Position numbers and translations under genes: made by a program. A stretch of 63,677 bases of DNA, counting the filler, from Stramenopiles sp. TOSAG23-3 (lineage: Eukaryota): the NCBI GenBank assembly GCA_900128585.1. It is 5 parts of 5 records of this genome, joined end to end, with 100 filler letters (N's around TTAATTAATTAA, not from the genome) between each part and the next. Parts side by side here need not be neighbours in the genome. Positions count along the whole stretch, not along the records: positions 38,298 to 50,940 come from LT642672.1; positions 51,041 to 63,677 come from LT642673.1; 3 more parts are not named here. The stretch is one strand, 5' to 3'. The notes beneath the pieces were generated by a model. That model was not told the origin of the DNA. It searched no databases and worked only from the letters and a program-made list of their open reading frames with translations. Shown here one piece after another: positions 41,201-51,042 of the stretch (position 1 is the first letter of the stretch; the number at the start of each line of letters is the position of its first letter).

Positions 41201-42264
41201 GAACATAAAACGCCATGCTCCGCATTGTCGGTTCGGTCAGTGCAGATACCGGTGAAGGGTGGAATCGTGCATGGAGAACCAGAGCATGTTTGGCGCGACA
41301 AAGTGCCGTACGCGGCGGCTCCACTGTCCAGAGGAGTGTCAGCGTCGTATAAGTAGAAGCTGGTTCCGGTGCTGGCACATGCGCTGCAATGAACAAATTT
41401 TGTGGATACAGTCGTGATGGACGCAGCGCCACCCTTCTGTGTATATTTTTGCACCATGATCTGGTGTCCATTGCCTAATCCAGAAGCATGGTTCCGAACA
41501 AACGAACTTTCTCGTATTGTTACCACGGTATCACCAACTATGAACAGACCACCGCCACCCTCAGATGATCCTGCCCCGTTTCCTGTTTTCGTATTCTCAA
41601 GAACTAAGCATCGGAATAATGCCAGTGAGCCACGGTTCTGACGTATACCGCCTCCTCGATTTACCGCGGTGTTCCTAGCTACGATAGTATCTATCAAACG
41701 AACGGACCCTTCCATGCTCCATAGAGCTCCTCCTCTTTTCAGTGCCGTGTTATCTGTAACGTTGGAGTGAAACAGTTGTATCGAACTACCAGAATTACCA
41801 AACAAACAACCTCCACCGCCGCTAGCATGGTTGGCGATAAACGCACAGTATGTGGCGTGCAAGGTACTGCCGGAGCCCACGTATATGGAACCACCGCTAT
41901 ATTCTCCATTCCCACCCGTTAGGTTCAACCATCTGAGTGTAAGCGTATGGTTGTTCCCACTCGTTAAGTTAAAGTGCCGCCCCCCGCCCGTCTTTGCAGT
42001 AATCGTCGTGATCGCGGAGTCTCCGGTGATCGACATGTCCCCGGTCAACGAGACTCCCGCGCTCGTCATAGTGCAGTCGGTCGTACATTGAAACGTCCCA
42101 CTCGCCTCTGGGAATATCGCTGCGCAGTTCCATTCATCAGCCGCCGCCCGTACAGAAATACCTGCAATCCAGAGTGTAACACAGGCACTCGCGTAGACAT
42201 ACAGGAAGGGCTTCGATCGCGGCTTCGGTGTTGGCCCGATCAATAACCGTTGAGACGACAGCAT
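38298..42264 (-). CDS. Large extracellular mosaic protein: beta-helix (Pmp/pectin-lyase-like) repeats, PAN/Apple, LamG/ConA-like and Gly-rich domains (3'-truncated)
   Basis: N-terminal hydrophobic segment; repeated FxxN..GGA(I/L) motifs; SLQACKHACVANKLCKSIDW..CRLS (PAN); HVTLVRE..FKLYING..LVLG..FPGTI (LamG); AGACGG..GGGGSSAI..EAGGGGG Gly-rich domain. Confidence 0.82.
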
Positions 42265-42459
42265 CAGTTCGGCGTTTATTCCAGCGCTGTTCGTACGAAG
42301 AACATAACAACAAACATTATATCATAATTTTGTTTCGTTTAGTGTCACCACTTCGTTAATGGCCTTTTTTCCTGTGAGATTATATCTATCTGGTTGTTTG
42401 AAAAAATAGTCTGGCACCCTACACTCTATTATCGATAAGAAGATCACATCGATGCACTT

Positions 42460-42660
42460 TGCTTTTTTTCCTTTCTTCTTTCTTTTTTTTCTTCTTCTTC
42501 TTCTTTCTTCTTTCTTCTTTCTTCTTTCTTCTTTCTTCTTCTTTCTTCTTCTTTCTTCTTCTTCTTCTTCTTCTTCTTCTTCTCCTCCTTTCTTCTTCTT
42601 CTTCTTTCTTTCTTCTTTCTTTCTTCTTTCTTCTTCTTTCTTCTTTCTTCTTCTGTTTTT
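42460..42660. repeat. Polypyrimidine (TTC/TTTC)n tract
   Basis: About 200 nt of almost pure C/T. Confidence 0.95.
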
Positions 42661-43067
42661 TTATTTATTACTTATTACTATAATATTATTATACTAAAAC
42701 TTATTCTTCCTATTTGTATTTTATACTAATCCAATACAATATGCTATATATATTGTTAAAAAATAATTGTTTATATAGGGATTACCCTATATAAATATAC
42801 TCTATAATAATATAGTCTTATTTTGTGACTTCCTTCATTCTTTTCGTTCTTCTTCTTCCACCACCGATTCGGATCGATTCGGATCGATTGTTGGCTTATA
42901 TCAAAGTTTCAGATTACAATGGAGACGTTTGAAAGAAATTGGATAGTTTTTCCCTCTCTTCCTTTCTGTTTTTCTTTTCTTCGTTGCGGTAGCCAGGTAT
43001 TGTTTTTCTTCCCCTGTATTTATTGTTTTTGTTATTATTGTAATACTATATACCACCACTCACCGCA

Positions 43068-43901
43068 ATGGAAGAAAGTACGTTGCCATTAGAAAGTTTG
43101 ACGTTTTGGAGTGGGTCCGTCCGCCCTGGGGAACCGTTGAAAGTACGTGTAGAGGACGGTGCGTTGCTCCACGTAAACGGTGCGTGTGTATTGGACGAGA
43201 GTAGTGGTAGACCAGCGGCGATCTTAAAAGTCAAGTGCAAGGGTGGAAGGATCAAAGCGCCCGCGACGTTGTGCGTCCTCCAAGGTAGTCAGTGCAACGT
43301 TACGTTGACGGCGTATTTCGAGCGAACCGCGACGTTTTCGGCGATGGGGAGCGGGACCATCCACCTGTACGGCCACTTTATCAACGTCATGTCGGACGTG
43401 CCGCCCACCGCTGAGGGCGGGGATGACGGGGTAGAGACGGAAAGCGCCATCCAGGCCAAAATGGCCTCGTACAGGGCACAGTCGCAGGCTCGGCCACAGC
43501 CCCAGTCCGTCGGGGCGAAGCGGGCCGCGAAGACTAGTAGTAGCGAAGATAGTAGTGGATCGAGCGACGAGTCGAGCTCCTCGGACGACGAGGGAGGACG
43601 AAACCCATCGCTGGCGAAGAAACGACGGGTTGAGGTAGGACCACAGCAAAACGGAAACGCAGGGGTAGCCCCAGCACCCAACGCCAACCCAACCGTTGAT
43701 AAAATTATTTCAGACGTCATCCATGAAAGCCCGACGAAATCCATTGCCCTGTCCACCCTTGGGTCCGAATTTACTAAACGGTCCGGGGGGAAGAAATTCA
43801 AAGACTTGGTGCCAGGGAAACGAATGGGGGCCTACATTAAAGAACAAGGAAACTATACCATCACACCCGATCATCATGTCAAATTCAATACCCAACATTG
43901 A
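43068..43901 (+). CDS. Nucleoplasmin-like (NPL) domain protein with acidic/Ser tract, NLS and C-terminal OST-HTH/LOTUS-like domain
   Basis: TFWSGSVRPG..LHVNGAC..TLCVL..F..GSGTIHLYGHF (NPL); SSEDSSGSSDESSSSDDE; KKRR; SIALSTLGSEFTKR..FKDLVPGKRMGAYIK (winged-helix-like). Confidence 0.72.
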   Translation: MEESTLPLESLTFWSGSVRPGEPLKVRVEDGALLHVNGACVLDESSGRPAAILKVKCKGGRIKAPATLCVLQGSQCNVTLTAYFERTATFSAMGSGTIHLYGHFINVMSDVPPTAEGGDDGVETESAIQAKMASYRAQSQARPQPQSVGAKRAAKTSSSEDSSGSSDESSSSDDEGGRNPSLAKKRRVEVGPQQNGNAGVAPAPNANPTVDKIISDVIHESPTKSIALSTLGSEFTKRSGGKKFKDLVPGKRMGAYIKEQGNYTITPDHHVKFNTQH

Positions 43902-44039
43902 CATCAATTAATGCATTAATAAGAAACAATATATGATATTATCATCCATATCTCAATTTTAAAAAGCTAACTTAACTTCGACTAATCCTCAGAACTCGGA
44001 GGAGTTTGAACCTTCCAACGAGGAGGTGTGACGGTGTGA

Positions 44040-44248
44040 CTTCCTTCTTCTTCTTTCCTTCTTCTTTCTTCTTCTTCTTTCTTTTCTTCTTTCTTCTTCT
44101 TTCTTCTTCTTTTCTCTCTTTCTTCTTTTCTCTTCTTCTTTCCTTTCTTCTTTCTTTTCTACTTTCCTCTTTCTTCTTTCCTCTTTCTTTTCTTCTTTCT
44201 TCTTCTTTCTTTTCTTCTTTCTTATTTCTTCTTCTTTCTTCTTCTTCC
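44040..44248. repeat. Polypyrimidine (TTC)n tract
   Basis: About 210 nt almost exclusively C/T. Confidence 0.95.
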
Positions 44249-44721
44249 AGTTGCGCGGGAAATGACATGGACCATTATAAGTTAAGGTGTTAATGTAATA
44301 TTATAATTATTTTTGTTATATTAAATTTATTTAATTGTTATTATTATAGAAACGTATTTACCTTATTGTTTTGATTCTCATTTTTATTTATTATTATTTT
44401 TTTCAACAAAAAACAAAAAACGACGAACTTCTTCTCTCTTCTTCTTCTTCTTCTTCTTTCTTTTTTTCTTTCTTCTTCTTCTTTCTTCTTCTTACTTCTT
44501 CTTCCTTTTTGTTGTTGTCATTTTTTCAAAATTCAATACAAAATATAAAATGGGAATTAAGTAAATGAAATGCATTTTCAGGAACAATTTCTTGTTCGCG
44601 TTTCTCACATTCCTTATTCTTTCGCTCGGTTATTTTTTCTTTCCCGTCTCTGCGTTGGTCTCTTCTGGACAAAACCAACCACGCCACGCCACGCCAGCAG
44701 CATTCCAACCCATTCACCACT

Positions 44722-46821
44722 ATGGAATTCCTTACTTTGGAACGGAGAAACGCACTCGAGTCTATGAGGACCGACTTTTTGTGCCAAATCTGCGGGGATA
44801 TTTTTGAAGATCCCCACATGCCCTCTTCTGGGTGTGATCACAAGTACTGCTACCCTTGTATACGCGGCAAATTGAGAACTGCAAACCAGTGCCCCGTCTG
44901 TCGACTCCCCCTCGCACCCAGGGACTTGAAGAAGTGCCACAAACTTGGGGAACTTTTGAAAGAGTTTCGAATCATGAACACGGCGTACACAAAACTGCTT
45001 TCCCTCATACCGACGACGGGGCGCCCGGACAAGCCAACGCCAACTAGCAAAATACAGGAAAACAAAGCACCAAGGGGCTTTGATACCGACGACAACGAGG
45101 AGGCCGAACGGCCAGATTCACAGGCAGCAGGGGGGGACGACATGGGGGAAGAAGAGACGGCCTCGCACCGGGAACCGTTCGAGACAGGGGACGGCGAACG
45201 GGTGGCCCTCGTCGCGTCCCCCATCGTACTGCCCGAATCGCCGTCGTCCCAAGAGGACGATCACGGGGAAGATGAGCCCGATGTGGACAGTATCTCCCCG
45301 CAAGGGATACTCAAGTACGGGGACGAGAACGACAAGGAGGAAGAGACGTTGGACGAATTGCCGGAATCGTTGCCGTTCCGGAGCGACGCCAAGTCTTCTA
45401 GGGACGGGCCGTATGAAATCGAAGAGACGCAGTTTGACAGTCTCTCTGAGGGCAACGACCCCGCCCTGGTGGCCTCTCAGCAGAGCGCAAGCCCCTCCAG
45501 AAGGCTATCTTTTGGGGCACAAAAGGCGGACCGATCGTACCCCCAAGGGGACTCCGAAAGCGCGTCGCTTGCCTCGCTGTCCCAACAGTCCGCGGGAGGA
45601 AACGAAGCGGGGGGGGTCGAATTTACGGAACTAGAACGGCTTGCGGCAGAGCTTGAACACGAAGAGATGGAAGTTTTGCGGTACCAAAAGATCATCGAAG
45701 AGAAGCGACGAAGGAAACGCATGCGGGATGGGAATGTCAGGGGCGATTCGCCGGTCTGTGGTGGCCGTCGGGCGGAAGCGGACGTCGACGACGAGGGGGA
45801 GGCGGACGAAGAGGGGGACAACGACGACGAGACGCTTGTCGAGTCGGAAAGTCAGGAACGGTTCACGAGAAAACGCCAGCGGCGGGGGCAAGAGGACAGC
45901 ATGGACGCAATCGACGACGAGTTTGCCAGCGAGGACGAAACGAGCAGCGACAAGAACCAGTTTCTTGTCCCGCAGCGCTTGCTCCGCAGCCCTAAGAGGC
46001 AGGACGATCGGCCAAACATCGTTACGAACAAAACCGTCGTTCTAGTAGCGTCCATGCTCACCCCTCCGCAGCGCAGCCTGGTACGGCACTTCCAGGAATG
46101 GAAGGGTTGGGAGGAGTGTGGGTACAGCGTCCGGGTGGAGCGAACGGTAACCCCGGAAACAACCCACTTGATCACGCAGCAAGGCGGGGGCGGCAGCGGG
46201 TCCAGCACCCCGTGCTGCCGCCGCACCATGAAGTTCTTCCAAGCTGTCGCCGTCCACGCATGGGTCGTCGACATCATGTGGGTGTCGACGTCCTTGGCCG
46301 ACAACGAGTTGAAGGTGGAAGAAGAGTTTGAGTTCGTCGCAGGGGACAGGGACCCTACACCAGAAATGGTGTACGTCCCCATGCGCTCTGAAAACTTGCT
46401 CATGGGGGGGGCGCGCAAGTCCCGTATGGAACGGTTTCCGAACCGAACCTTTGTCGACATGGCCAAAGGCTTTCCCACCGGCGGAAGCGATCTTTTAAGC
46501 TCGTACAATTTGTACATATATCGAAACTTCAAAACTGTAAAAATGGACCGAAAGGACTTGGTCGCACTCGCGGAGCTCGCGGGAGCGACGGTCTTGCCCA
46601 ACTCGGACTGGACGCAGCTTCAGGCAACACAGCACGCACGCAAGGATTCACGGGACGGCAAAACGACGCTTTTAGTGTGTCCACTGAAAGGGTTGATGAA
46701 AAGCACCGTAGAATCGTTCGAAGAAAGCGTCCCCGTCGTCTCGCACTGCTGGCTATTGGACAGTGTGAGCACATGCAACGCGATAGACCATACAAAAGAA
46801 TCGTACAAGATTTGCCAGTAA
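44722..46821 (+). CDS. BRCA1/BARD1-like RING + tandem BRCT protein
   Basis: C3HC4 RING (CQIC..CDHKYCYPCI..CPVC); acidic linker with several SQ/TQ sites; BRCT1 TTHLI..RTMKFFQAV..WVVDIMWV; BRCT2 ending VVSHCWLLDSVS. No ankyrin repeats, so more BRCA1-like. Confidence 0.85.
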   Translation: MEFLTLERRNALESMRTDFLCQICGDIFEDPHMPSSGCDHKYCYPCIRGKLRTANQCPVCRLPLAPRDLKKCHKLGELLKEFRIMNTAYTKLLSLIPTTGRPDKPTPTSKIQENKAPRGFDTDDNEEAERPDSQAAGGDDMGEEETASHREPFETGDGERVALVASPIVLPESPSSQEDDHGEDEPDVDSISPQGILKYGDENDKEEETLDELPESLPFRSDAKSSRDGPYEIEETQFDSLSEGNDPALVASQQSASPSRRLSFGAQKADRSYPQGDSESASLASLSQQSAGGNEAGGVEFTELERLAAELEHEEMEVLRYQKIIEEKRRRKRMRDGNVRGDSPVCGGRRAEADVDDEGEADEEGDNDDETLVESESQERFTRKRQRRGQEDSMDAIDDEFASEDETSSDKNQFLVPQRLLRSPKRQDDRPNIVTNKTVVLVASMLTPPQRSLVRHFQEWKGWEECGYSVRVERTVTPETTHLITQQGGGGSGSSTPCCRRTMKFFQAVAVHAWVVDIMWVSTSLADNELKVEEEFEFVAGDRDPTPEMVYVPMRSENLLMGGARKSRMERFPNRTFVDMAKGFPTGGSDLLSSYNLYIYRNFKTVKMDRKDLVALAELAGATVLPNSDWTQLQATQHARKDSRDGKTTLLVCPLKGLMKSTVESFEESVPVVSHCWLLDSVSTCNAIDHTKESYKICQ

Positions 46822-47017
46822 TTTATTTGTCAATAAGAACGCTTTATTGTACGCGATCAAGTGAAAGAGGTTGTTTAACATAGAGTTTCAAGAATCTTAA
46901 AAGTAGTACACGGGTTAGAGGTTTACTCTTAAAGGTACTCGGTGTAGTATTTTCTTCTGTACGACTCTTGGCAGTTTGAACTCCCATCTTTCTCTTCTTT
47001 CGACAGCTTGGTTCTAC

Positions 47018-47710
47018 CTACGCTTCGAAATTGTTGGGAACCTTGTAAATCAGATCTGTGTTGTACTGCCATTCATCTTTGCACCGTTTCACAATTGCGT
47101 CGTATTCCGCGTCATCCATTTTGGGCGTGCGGTGCATAATCCACAGGTAACTTCTATCGGGGTAGCCCACGATCAATGGGACGTCTGGTTTTTCCGTGGA
47201 CGGGCCGGCCAGTATGATGTAAGGCAACCAGAACGGGACAGGAACCCTGTCGTTAAAAAAGCGTGGCCTAACACGCCATTCCGACCCCGTCTCTTTGTTG
47301 TACACGTAACCGTCCTGTGTCATCTTGGACACCGGTTTGTCGAACCCACCCGTTTGGTACGTAAATGTGACTTTGAGCTCCTGCTTTGCTTCGTTTTTCC
47401 ACTCGTAATTTTCTACGGCGTTGTGAGCGCCCTTTTCGAAGACGGTTGGAATGCAGCTTATCACGTACCATTTTCCCATAACCTTTGCATTGTCGATCGC
47501 TTTTGTAGTGGCCTGCAAAGACGGCAATTTTGTTCCAGAGTTTCCCATTATATTGATATCAGAATAAAATAGAACGTACCCGGTAACGAATGCAATGAAT
47601 AAAAACTTAACCAGCGAACTGTTTGCCCTAGTAATACTGTTCCGTGAATGTGCGCTTGCTTTGCTTTCTGTAGTGTTCCTGTTGCGGTGTTGCTGAACTC
47701 CTCGCTTCAT
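47018..47710 (-). CDS. Lipocalin (Blc/apolipoprotein D/TIL-like); alternative start at 47548
   Basis: MGKWYVIS (SCR1); PYIIL..LIVGYPDRSYLWIMHRTP (SCR3). ATG 47710 adds a TM anchor; ATG 47548 gives MGNSGT. Confidence 0.88.
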   Translation of the reverse strand: MKRGVQQHRNRNTTESKASAHSRNSITRANSSLVKFLFIAFVTGYVLFYSDINIMGNSGTKLPSLQATTKAIDNAKVMGKWYVISCIPTVFEKGAHNAVENYEWKNEAKQELKVTFTYQTGGFDKPVSKMTQDGYVYNKETGSEWRVRPRFFNDRVPVPFWLPYIILAGPSTEKPDVPLIVGYPDRSYLWIMHRTPKMDDAEYDAIVKRCKDEWQYNTDLIYKVPNNFEA

Positions 47711-48002
47711 GAACAATAAAGATGGTCTAAACAATCTGTGCTTTGTCGTACGCAATACACGAGAACAATTAACTACGATTCGAGACCAATCCAAACCACA
47801 ACCTGCCATACTCGACACTCTCCCTTCGATTAATCGATATCGAACGAACGCAAGCATCTAAAAGTATCACATGTGAATGAATGAATGAATGAATGATGGA
47901 TAGTAGATACTATTATTATTATGAGCATTATTTTTTTATTATTTTTATAATTAAAATATTTTTTTGATGATGATGATGGTGTGTGGTGTTCTTTTTGTGG
48001 GC

Positions 48003-48156
48003 AAAAAAACAAAAACAAAAAAAAGAAGAAAAGAAGAAGAAGAAGAAGAAGAAAAAGAAGAAAGAAGAGAAAGAAAGAGAAGAAGAAGAAAGAAGAAGAA
48101 GAAGAAGAGAAAGAAAGAGAACGAGAAAGAAAGAAAGAAGAGAAAGAAAGAGAACG

Positions 48157-48191
<35 letters not shown>

Positions 48192-48232
48192 GAACGAGAA
48201 AGAAAGAAAGAAAGAAAGAAAAAAGAAGAAGG
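48003..48232. repeat. Polypurine (GAA/GAAA)n tract
   Basis: Almost pure A/G, with AGAACGAGAAAGAAAG sub-units repeated three times. Confidence 0.95.
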
Positions 48233-48749
48233 AATTTGTTCTTCGAATGAATATGTATACAACATAATGTACTTATATTATCCAAATGATATTGTCATAA
48301 TAATGTGTCCTATTTGATATATACCAAGTAGAAAGATGAAGTTATTTTTTCTATCTTTTGTTTAGGACATGTTTTTGTTAAGTACAACTATAACTAAGCA
48401 ACATGTATGCTATTCAATGCTATATATTAGTATACTAAAATACATGTCCTATTTGAAGAGGTATGGAATTAAATGTGCTAAGTGCTATGATTTGAGGGGT
48501 GAGGGGTGAGGGTGTACGAAGTGCTGAATGATAAATGTCGATAAAAACAATTATTATTATAATAAAAAAAGAAAAAAACTTCTTTCAAAAAAATGAGTTA
48601 AAATGATCTCCCTTTTTTTTTAAATAAGTTCCAAGCATTTTTTCTTATTATAAGATGTTAATTAACTCTGAACATTTAACAGTATTTGATACAAAATCTC
48701 TCTCCTGCCAAAACCAAAAAGCTTGATTGTTTGCAAAACGGAGGAGTCG

Positions 48750-50069
48750 TCATGAAGAAGTAAAATTCAGCATGAGTTCAGCGGTTTCTATGGATATGGC
48801 CGAGTGTGTTTTCTCTTCCCTTTGTTTTTTTTTTTCCTTCCTGTTTTGCCTCGCGATTCTACGCTGCTCTTTTGCCTTTTTGGAAAACTTTAAACGAAAG
48901 ATACGATTTGTGACTGCGTGAATGGTACGCTTGTCGCCCAACATGTCAGCAATCTGATGGTCGAGGTAACCTTCTTTATACTTGCACCGGATTAATTTGT
49001 CTTCCGCTTTAGTCCAGAACTCTCTCGTTACAGTCCTTCGGAGGCCAAGCTTCACCAAACGGCGGGCTACGGATCGCGCGGAACGCCCGGTGCCAATTAT
49101 CGCAGCAATTTCTTCGTCCGTTGCTTTCTGGCCACGTTTACCCCCACGTTTCACTTCTTTCAGCAAGATCGCATCCTCCCGTTTCCCCCATTTTGGGTTA
49201 GGGTTCTCTTTGTTCACGCGGACATCATTGCGTGCACCGCTTTGCCCTTGCAACCCCATCAGCTTCCGCCTGTACCTGACAGAATTCACTGAACGGTTCG
49301 GCAAGAGCAACGCCAGCTTGGAATCCGCGAGTCCTTGCTTGTGACCTTTCCGCAGGGCTTCGTCCTCGGTTGGAGACCACGGAGTCCGCAAAATTTTACT
49401 GCTGCCGGGAATTGCGGATGGGCGGCTGTTGCTGTTGGACGGATTTTCCTCGAGTTTGCGGCGAGGCGGCGAACGGGAAACTACATGGTTTAAATTGGGC
49501 GGTAGGATCCCCTTCATCGTTTTGTTGTTCTCGTACATCTTGTAGAACTTTGCCTCGCACGCCTTGTACGATCGGTTAGTGAGTAATGCCACTTTGCTTA
49601 TGTACAGTTGAAAGATGGTGCAGGGTGTGCCGTCGAGTGCACTCACAAATGATTTCTGCGAAAGGCCTGTCTGCTCAATTTTCGTTAAATGGCTAGTGTA
49701 CTCCTTTGCGATGCCCAGCATGTATATCTCTTCGTGTGTTTTCCATGCGCTGTACTTTCTCCTCGTATCAGGGTGCTCTTTGTTTCGGATCATTTTGTAA
49801 AATTTGTTCTGCACTCCCATCTTTGAGCGGCCGTATTTGGCCACGACCTTTTCGATGTACTTTTGTAAGATCGTGCACGGCTTTCCGTTTTTGTCGAAGA
49901 ATCTTTTCTCCTGGGCGGCATCGAGCGTTTGTAGTTCCTTATCATAGTCGGTCACCGTTTTGGTAAGAAAGTCAACCTCCTCGCGAGACCAAGCCCACGA
50001 TTTTGCCGGTTTCTTCTTCTTCGGCGCGGGCCTGCTCGACTTTTTGTTTTTCAACTTGTTTTTTCCCAT
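48750..50069 (-). CDS. Multi-repeat Myb/SANT-like DNA-binding protein
   Basis: Five Myb-like starts (WSREEVDFL, WKTHEEIYM, WSPTEDEAL, WGKREDAIL, WTKAEDKLI), each followed by an RS/RT recognition helix. ATG at 50069. Confidence 0.8.
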   Translation of the reverse strand: MGKNKLKNKKSSRPAPKKKKPAKSWAWSREEVDFLTKTVTDYDKELQTLDAAQEKRFFDKNGKPCTILQKYIEKVVAKYGRSKMGVQNKFYKMIRNKEHPDTRRKYSAWKTHEEIYMLGIAKEYTSHLTKIEQTGLSQKSFVSALDGTPCTIFQLYISKVALLTNRSYKACEAKFYKMYENNKTMKGILPPNLNHVVSRSPPRRKLEENPSNSNSRPSAIPGSSKILRTPWSPTEDEALRKGHKQGLADSKLALLLPNRSVNSVRYRRKLMGLQGQSGARNDVRVNKENPNPKWGKREDAILLKEVKRGGKRGQKATDEEIAAIIGTGRSARSVARRLVKLGLRRTVTREFWTKAEDKLIRCKYKEGYLDHQIADMLGDKRTIHAVTNRIFRLKFSKKAKEQRRIARQNRKEKKKQREEKTHSAISIETAELMLNFTSS

Positions 50070-50459
50070 GTTTATATATGCACTATCGTAGCGGCAACAC
50101 AACGGGCTTGCAAACGATATGTGTAGTAAAGAACGGTGGAGGGACAGCCTCGTTCTATAATCACCGGCTTCAGTCGCAATTTTCACAAAACACGACAACG
50201 AATCGGTACGCAAACTAAATTCGTTGATTTGTTCAGAACTGTTAGTTAATTCTGTTGGTGAATTTGATAAATATGATAAATGAGAGACTCGTTTAATAAG
50301 GGTTACATACAATCATTTGCGTCCGAGCAATATCTAAACTTGTTTTTAAACATAAAACTAACGAAAGTTTCATGTTTCATATATATATATTTAAAAAAAA
50401 CAGCAAACAACAACATACAACAACAACAACAAAAAAGTGTAACACAACACAGAACACAC

Positions 50460-50940
50460 GAAGAAGGAAGGAAGAAGAAGGAAGAAGAAGAAGGAAGAAG
50501 AAAGAAGAATAAAAAGAAGAATTAAAAGAAGAAGAAGGAAGAAGAAGGAGGAAGAAGGAGGAAGAAAGAAGAAAAAGAAAGAAGGTGGAAGGTGGAAGGA
50601 AGAAGAAGGAAGAAGAAGGTGGAAGGAAGAAGAAGGAAAAAGAAGGAGGAAGGAAGAAGAAGGAAGAAAAAGGAAGAACAAAGAAGGAAGAACAAAGAAG
50701 GAAGAAGAAAGGAGGAAGGAATAAGAAGGAAGGAATAAGAAAGAAGAAAGAAGAAGAGGAAGAAAGAAGGAAGAAAGAAGAAAGAAGGAAGAAAGAAGGA
50801 AGAAAGAAGGAAGAAAGAAGGAAGAAAGAAGGAAGAAAGAAGGAAGGAAAAGAAGGAAGGAAAAGAAGGAAGGAAAAGAAGGAAGGAATAGGAAAGAAGA
50901 AAGAAGGAAGAAGAAGGAAGAAAGAAGGAAGAAGAAGGAA
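50460..50940. repeat. Long polypurine (GAA/GGAA)n tract running into the contig end
   Basis: About 480 nt of nearly pure A/G. Confidence 0.95.
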
Positions 50941-51040
50941 NNNNNNNNNNNNNNNNNNNNNNNNNNNNNNNNNNNNNNNNNNNNTTAATTAATTAANNNN
51001 NNNNNNNNNNNNNNNNNNNNNNNNNNNNNNNNNNNNNNNN
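50941..51040. other. Artificial contig-joining spacer
   Basis: 44 N + TTAATTAATTAA + 44 N. Confidence 0.98.
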
Positions 51041-51042
51041 GG

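Noticed and set aside
42452-50992. Poly-F/S/L and poly-K/E/R ORFs (e.g. 42452, 43972, 44006, 47830-48317, 50391, 50585)
   Set aside because: Translation artefacts of stop-free (TTC)n/(GAA)n tracts.
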